Shown here in pieces: positions 24,312 to 29,156 of a DNA stretch of 29,156 bases. Position 1 is the stretch's first letter. Each line of letters begins with the position of its first letter. A model generated the notes under the pieces. The model saw nothing but the letters and a program-made list of their open reading frames with translations, did not search any database and was not told where the DNA came from. The stretch covers positions 1 through 29,156 of IMG/VR virus record IMGVR_UViG_3300034104_001201, one strand, 5' to 3'. Source of the stretch: a virus. Lineage: Duplodnaviria; Caudoviricetes. The translations under genes and the position numbers were made by a program.

Positions 24312-24971
24312 ATGCACATAACTATCGCTATTCCAGCCTATACAGGCTCGGTCTATATGGCAACTATGAGATCCTTGGTAAACGATCTTGTAATGCTTGT
24401 TTCTAGGGGAGATACATTTACCCTTATTGATGACATAGGAAGCGCTTATATAGCCGATTGCCGAGGCGCTATAGCCTCTAACTTCCTTAAGACAGAATCT
24501 GATTGCCTAGTCTTTGTAGACTCAGATGTAGCATGGGAAAAAGGCGCTCTTTTACGACTTGTGGATCATAAAGTTGATCTAGTCGGTGGAATTTACCCTT
24601 ATCGAATTGATGAACTAGGCTTTCCAATTAAATACCTAGATAAACCTGAACTTTGGGCAGATCCTGTAACTGGTTTGCTAGAAGTCGCTGCCATTCCTAC
24701 TGGATTTATGAAAATTAGTCGGCATTGTTTGGAACAAATGATTCAAGCCTATCCTGAGCAATATTTCCATGATGGAGCTAAAGACAATTTGTTTTATGAC
24801 CTTTTTGCTCACATTGCTGATGGAGATAAGAAATACGGAGAAGATTATTCATTCTGTTTTAGGTGGAGCAAATTAGGTGGTAAGGTTTGGTGTGATCCTG
24901 AAATTAAAATGGGTCATACAGGAAATAAAACTTTTGTTGGTCATTTCGGAGATTGGCTAAGAAATCGTTAA
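24312..24971 (+). CDS. GT-A fold glycosyltransferase
   Basis: IAIPAY, I...R......FL....D.LVFVDSD (DxD), TGFM.I.R, GEDYSFC.RW...GGKVW.DP.I.MGH.G. Confidence 0.85.
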   Translation: MHITIAIPAYTGSVYMATMRSLVNDLVMLVSRGDTFTLIDDIGSAYIADCRGAIASNFLKTESDCLVFVDSDVAWEKGALLRLVDHKVDLVGGIYPYRIDELGFPIKYLDKPELWADPVTGLLEVAAIPTGFMKISRHCLEQMIQAYPEQYFHDGAKDNLFYDLFAHIADGDKKYGEDYSFCFRWSKLGGKVWCDPEIKMGHTGNKTFVGHFGDWLRNR

Positions 24972-24976
24972 TATTA

Positions 24977-25004
24977 TTGAATATTTACAAAAAAATAGGA
25001 TAAT
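24977..25004 (+). promoter_or_regulatory. Candidate promoter (TTGAAT-16-GATAAT) for downstream structural genes
   Basis: AT-rich intergenic region; same spacing as the 15205 candidate. Confidence 0.4.
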
Positions 25005-25041
25005 GGGATAGTAGTTCAACCCTCTTTGCAAAGGAAAAAAC

Positions 25042-25272
25042 ATGACCTCAAATACTAAAGCTCTAGGTGTAGCTTTCGCAGATCCTCAGCTTGACAGCAT
25101 TACTCTTACAACTGGTTTAGTCGAAATTTTAGCTCTTGATATTGCTATTACTGACAATGTAACCACTACTACAGCTCCTGCTAATAGCCTAGCCGTTACT
25201 TCTAACGCTACTGGAACTGGTAAATTGTGGATGTCTGATGGTTCTAAGTGGCAACAACTTGCTGCAATTTAA
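25042..25272 (+). CDS. Small putative virion protein
   Basis: T/A-rich beta protein; AAAGGA RBS; structural module. Confidence 0.65.
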   Translation: MTSNTKALGVAFADPQLDSITLTTGLVEILALDIAITDNVTTTTAPANSLAVTSNATGTGKLWMSDGSKWQQLAAI

Positions 25273-25281
25273 GGACAAATC

Positions 25282-25632
25282 ATGTCTAATACTATCGTTT
25301 TGCGATTACAAGCGCAGACTACAGCATTATCGGTAGGAGCTACAGCTCATGCTGCTGTTACTGTTTCTTCAGTTGGCAATAATCAAGTCAATTACGCAGC
25401 GTTTTTAAATGCTGGAGCTAATTCAGTAGCTATTGAGATTTCTCCTATAGGAATTACTGCTACTACAGCAACGCTTCCTGTTGATGGAACTAATGGTTCT
25501 TTTGTATTGCCTCCCTTGATGACTCAGCCTATTGTTTTAGCTACTCCAGCAAATAACTTCCAAGTATCTGCTATTGGTTCGGCAACAGGCCCTGCTCTTG
25601 TTTATATAACTCCAGTTGGGAATCAGTCTTAA
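25282..25632 (+). CDS. Putative virion protein (beta-sandwich-like)
   Basis: T/A/V-rich, ends VYITPVGNQS; AAGGA RBS. Confidence 0.65.
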   Translation: MSNTIVLRLQAQTTALSVGATAHAAVTVSSVGNNQVNYAAFLNAGANSVAIEISPIGITATTATLPVDGTNGSFVLPPLMTQPIVLATPANNFQVSAIGSATGPALVYITPVGNQS

Positions 25633-25650
25633 AAATTAAAGGGATGCTTT

Positions 25651-27612
25651 ATGGCTAATCCATCAGATTCAACAGTTCAGAATCTACTGCCTGTTCAGGC
25701 TTATTTTGATGTTCAAGGTAATTTTCAAACTTTTATTGGTCAAAATAAGCCGTTTTATGCTATTCCTGATCCTAATCAATCAGGTCTTAACATTACCAAC
25801 AGCACCATTAATAGCACTACTATTGGTGTAACAAGTCCTGCTGTTGCTTACTTCACTTCAGGATATGTTTCTGTAGCGCCTACAACTGCTACAGGAATTG
25901 CCAATAAACAGTATGTAGATTATTACGCTGCTGGATTAAGTTGGAAGCAACCAGTAAAAGCTGCTTCTTTAGCAAATATTGCCTCGTTATCAGGTTTTCA
26001 GACTATTGATGCTGTTCCATTGACTGATGGAGATAGGATTCTTGTTAAAGACCAAAGCCTATCTAAAGACAATGGCATTTATGTAGTCCGATCAGGAGCA
26101 TGGGAATACGCTGTAGGAGCTGATAATTGGGAAGAATATGTAGGTGCTATAGTATTTGTAGAAGAAGGCTCACAAGCCTATTCTGCATGGTATAGCCTAG
26201 CTCAAGAAGGTGGAACTCTTGGAGTTACTGCTCTTAATTGGGCTAACTTTAGCGTATCTTCTGTTTATTACGCTGGAACTGGATTAAGCCTAAATGCTGG
26301 TGTATTTAGCATTACTAATACTGGTGTTACTAATGGATCTTATGGTTCAGCAAGCAAAACTGTAACTTTAGCAATAAATGCTCAAGGTCAAGCAACTTCT
26401 GCAAGTCAGCAAGATATAGCTATTGGCGCAACTCAAATTACTAGCGGAACGATTGATTCTGCTCGTTTAAGTGGTTCTTATACTGGCATTACTGGTCTTG
26501 GAACTCTTGGAGATTTAACTGTAACCAATCCTATTGTTGGTTCTATTACAGGAAACGCTGCAACTGCTACTTCAGCTAATTCAGCAACTACAGCTACTAA
26601 CTTAACTGGTGGAGCTAGTGGAAATGTTCCATATCAAACTTCTAGTGGAACAACGACATTCTTAGCAACTGGTTCAAATGGTCAAGTTCTTACTTTGGCT
26701 TCAGGAGTTCCATCTTGGGCAACTCCTACAGTTGGAACTGTAACTTCAGTTAGCGGAGCAGGAACAGTTAATGGATTGACTTTAACTGGCACAGTAACTA
26801 CAAGCGGAAGCCTTACATTAGGCGGAACTTTAGACCTTTCAAGCCCTCCCACTATTGGAAACACAGCTCCGAATACAGGAAGATTTACAACTCTTACTGT
26901 TAATGACAATACAACCTTTGGAAGCAGTAATACAGACACAGTTAATTTTGTTGCTCGTATAAATTCTGATTTTGATCCAGCAACTGATAATGCTTATGAC
27001 TTAGGCAGAACAGGTCATGAATGGAGAAATCTGTTTATTACTGGAACAGCAAATATTGATAGTTTGGTTGCTGATACTGCCGACATAAATGCAGGAACTA
27101 TTGATAACACAGTTATTGGCGCAACAACTCCTTTAGCTGGAACATTTACCGATTTAAGGTTTAACAACACTTTATCTTTGGCTGGATCTACAGGAACTGC
27201 TGGATATGTAGTAACTTCCAATGGCGCTTCTGCTCCTACTTGGCAAGCGCTTCCAGCAAGCGGAATTACCATTACAGACGATACAACTACTAACGCAACT
27301 CGTTACATAACCTTTACAAGTGCTACAAGCGGAACAATTACTGGTGAAAATGTAAGCTCTACCAAGCTTCAATACAACCCTTCTACTGGAACTTTAAGTT
27401 CAACAGCTTTTGTGGGTGATGGATCAGGATTAACTGGTGTAGCTGCTGGTCAATACTTTGGAACTGCAAACCCTAAAGCAATTGCTTACAACGCATCTAC
27501 CATAGCGGAAAATATTACTGTTACCTATCCTAGTATGTCTGTTGGCCCTATCACTATTAATAGCGGATTTGCGGTCACAGTTAATGCTGGTGTGCGTTGG
27601 TTAATTCTATAA
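25651..27612 (+). CDS. Tail fibre protein (mosaic)
   Basis: ANKQYVD, WKQPVKAAS..NI..LSG.QTID......DRILVKDQ....NGIY fibre motif; G/T/S-rich repeats; conserved SMSVGPITINSG..VTV..G.RW end. Confidence 0.85.
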   Translation: MANPSDSTVQNLLPVQAYFDVQGNFQTFIGQNKPFYAIPDPNQSGLNITNSTINSTTIGVTSPAVAYFTSGYVSVAPTTATGIANKQYVDYYAAGLSWKQPVKAASLANIASLSGFQTIDAVPLTDGDRILVKDQSLSKDNGIYVVRSGAWEYAVGADNWEEYVGAIVFVEEGSQAYSAWYSLAQEGGTLGVTALNWANFSVSSVYYAGTGLSLNAGVFSITNTGVTNGSYGSASKTVTLAINAQGQATSASQQDIAIGATQITSGTIDSARLSGSYTGITGLGTLGDLTVTNPIVGSITGNAATATSANSATTATNLTGGASGNVPYQTSSGTTTFLATGSNGQVLTLASGVPSWATPTVGTVTSVSGAGTVNGLTLTGTVTTSGSLTLGGTLDLSSPPTIGNTAPNTGRFTTLTVNDNTTFGSSNTDTVNFVARINSDFDPATDNAYDLGRTGHEWRNLFITGTANIDSLVADTADINAGTIDNTVIGATTPLAGTFTDLRFNNTLSLAGSTGTAGYVVTSNGASAPTWQALPASGITITDDTTTNATRYITFTSATSGTITGENVSSTKLQYNPSTGTLSSTAFVGDGSGLTGVAAGQYFGTANPKAIAYNASTIAENITVTYPSMSVGPITINSGFAVTVNAGVRWLIL

Positions 27613-27622
27613 GGAATAAATT

Positions 27623-28186
27623 ATGTCTCTTGTTTTAGTAGGTTCAACTAGCGGAAGCATTACATTACAAGAACCAGCGATTGCTGGATCTACTGTATTA
27701 ACTTTGCCAGCAGTTACAGGAACAGTTCTTACGACTACATCACCTAAAGCTGGTAATGTGATTCAGGTAGTTACAGCAACAACTACAACATCAACATCAA
27801 TAACTGGAACAACTTATACAGACACAACTTTAACTGCATCAATTACACCATCAAGCTCTAGTAGCAAAATATTGGTTTTGGTTTACCAACCATATCGATA
27901 TACATCGGCAGCAACAGGTGGAGGAATTATATTGCTGCGTGGCTCAACAGCCCTGACAACAGTTAATAGTGATTCAACTGGGCCTTATGTATTTTATAGT
28001 CCTGTTGGTCAAGATGTTTATTCAACATTTACAGCAAGTTTTTTAGATTCTCCAGCAACAACTTCTTCAACAACATATAAAACACAAGCAAGACCTTACA
28101 ATAGTGGAGGTTCGTTTGTTGTACAAAACAATGGCCCTACTGCAAATAGTATGGCAACAATTACATTAATGGAGATTGCAGGATGA
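27623..28186 (+). CDS. Distal fibre/receptor-binding subunit
   Basis: GSTSGSITL..PA.AG...LTLP..TGT adaptor; G.VIQVV...ASITPSS.SSKILV...LDSPATTS.TTYK.Q...ITLMEIA. Confidence 0.75.
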   Translation: MSLVLVGSTSGSITLQEPAIAGSTVLTLPAVTGTVLTTTSPKAGNVIQVVTATTTTSTSITGTTYTDTTLTASITPSSSSSKILVLVYQPYRYTSAATGGGIILLRGSTALTTVNSDSTGPYVFYSPVGQDVYSTFTASFLDSPATTSSTTYKTQARPYNSGGSFVVQNNGPTANSMATITLMEIAG

Positions 28187-28461
28187 TTTATTTTATTGAT
28201 GCAATTCATAAACTATATCCACAAGTTACTGTTATTCGTGGCGATGTCGCTTACGATGCAAACGGCAACGAAGTCGCATACGATAAAGATGCAGTACAGG
28301 CTTATGTAGATGCTCATGCTTATATTGCTAAACGAGCCGCAGAATACCCACCTATCACCGATTACATTGATGGTGTAGTAAAGGGTGATCAAGCACAGAT
28401 TGATAAATATATTGCTGACTGCTTGGCGGTCAAAGCTAAGTATCCGAAGGGAGTGTCATAA
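28183..28461 (+). CDS. Fibre assembly chaperone-like protein
   Basis: AI..LYP ... Y..KR..EYP.I.D..D......VKAKYPK; ATGA-coupled to the fibre gene. Confidence 0.65.
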   Translation: MIYFIDAIHKLYPQVTVIRGDVAYDANGNEVAYDKDAVQAYVDAHAYIAKRAAEYPPITDYIDGVVKGDQAQIDKYIADCLAVKAKYPKGVS

Positions 28462-29042
28462 TGGCTTCAATTATTACAGCTACAACTGCCAATGGACTTG
28501 TTAGTTCTGCTGACAACTCAGGTGTATTACAGTTAGCATCAGGTACTGGTAACTTAGTTACTGTTCCATCGGTAACAGGCACAGCAATGGTTAGCGGTAA
28601 TATGCCAGCGTTTAGTGCTTACATGAGTGCAAGCCAAAGTATATCATCAGCAACTTGGACTAAGGCTCAATTAAATACAGAAGTGTTTGATACTAATAGT
28701 AACTTTGACCCAACAACCAATTATCGTTTTACCCCAACTGTTGAAGGTTATTATCAAATTAACGCTGGAATTTATTGCTCAAACACTACTGATTATGACA
28801 CCGCAGGTTCAGTAGCAATTTATAAAAATGGCTCTATATATCACAGAGCAACTTTAAATTTTGGTGGTGAAGGCTCTAAATTTAATGATTTTTTAACGGC
28901 AGTAAGCGGAGTTATTTACTTAAACGGCTCAACTGACTATATAGAATTATATGGGCGGATTACGGCTGGTGGAACTCCGCAAATTGTTGGTGGAACAACT
29001 TCTGACTCATTTATGAATGGTTGTTTAATTCGGAGAGCATGA
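28461..29042 (+). CDS. C1q-like domain fibre/receptor-binding protein
   Basis: PAFSAY...Q......TK......FDTN.NFD...YRFTPTV.GYYQIN...IYKNG...IYLNG.TDYIELY. Confidence 0.8.
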   Translation: MASIITATTANGLVSSADNSGVLQLASGTGNLVTVPSVTGTAMVSGNMPAFSAYMSASQSISSATWTKAQLNTEVFDTNSNFDPTTNYRFTPTVEGYYQINAGIYCSNTTDYDTAGSVAIYKNGSIYHRATLNFGGEGSKFNDFLTAVSGVIYLNGSTDYIELYGRITAGGTPQIVGGTTSDSFMNGCLIRRA

Positions 29043-29156
29043 TGACTTTATACGAAAAAATCAAACAACTATACCCATCTTTGACTGACAAAGACTTTTG
29101 GACTGTAATTACTCTACAAAACGATTCAGACGGCAAAGGCGATTACATTGCTAAGT
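29039..29156 (+). CDS. XkdW-like fibre chaperone, 3'-truncated (not in ORF track)
   Basis: MMTLYEKIKQLYPSLTDKDFWTVITLQNDSDGKGDYIAK...; ATGA overlap; LQNDSDG.G.YI motif. Confidence 0.7.
   Translation, partial: MMTLYEKIKQLYPSLTDKDFWTVITLQNDSDGKGDYIAK

Larger units (their letters stand above)
1..29156. mobile_element. P22-like tailed phage genome segment (no host flanks or att site visible)
   Basis: Terminase-portal-scaffold-coat module, ejection proteins, lysis cassette, recombination and replication modules; dense gene packing with ATGA/TAATG overlaps throughout. Confidence 0.97.

Noticed and set aside
1919-27372. Many short antisense or alternate-frame ORFs from the track (e.g. 1919-2173, 3134-3406, 6348-6623, 11530-11865, 20410-20790, 21753-22130, 26682-27372)
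   Set aside because: Wholly or largely nested in well-supported genes, with no RBS or recognisable motifs; shadow ORFs
25651-29156. Diversity-generating retroelement or invertible fibre switch
   Set aside because: No reverse transcriptase, invertase, template/variable repeat pair or inverted recombination sites seen in the window
1-29156. Stop-codon reassignment, tRNA genes or introns/inteins
   Set aside because: Genes are full length under the standard code with all three stops used; intergenic gaps are short with no cloverleaf; terminase and portal are of normal size

Overview
The whole window is a segment of a small P22-like (podoviral) dsDNA phage genome that appears circularly permuted. 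From the left: a SET-domain gene truncated by the window edge, three ejection/DNA-transfer proteins, a tail fibre and a lysis cassette (holins, GH19 endolysin). A leftward early operon follows (SSB-like, YqaJ exonuclease, Sak/DUF1071 annealase, small genes), then a divergent Cro-like gene, a DUF1376 replication initiator with internal iterons and a nin-like region. The right half has GroES, small basic proteins, terminase, portal, scaffold, coat and modular tail fibre/chaperone genes. No integrase, CI repressor, helicase, polymerase, tRNA or CRISPR array is visible. The genome carries four unrelated modifying enzymes: a T4 beta-glucosyltransferase-like protein with no hydroxymethylcytosine-making partner in view, a stand-alone ADP-ribosyltransferase between portal and scaffold, a SET methyltransferase beside the ejection genes, and a GT-A glycosyltransferase behind the coat gene. 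Other notable points are an unannotated secreted four-cysteine hairpin peptide and strong selective avoidance of GTAC/ACGT/CCGG, with GTAC appearing only in the last kb. All family calls come from motif recognition and recall, not database searches; motif counts are by eye.
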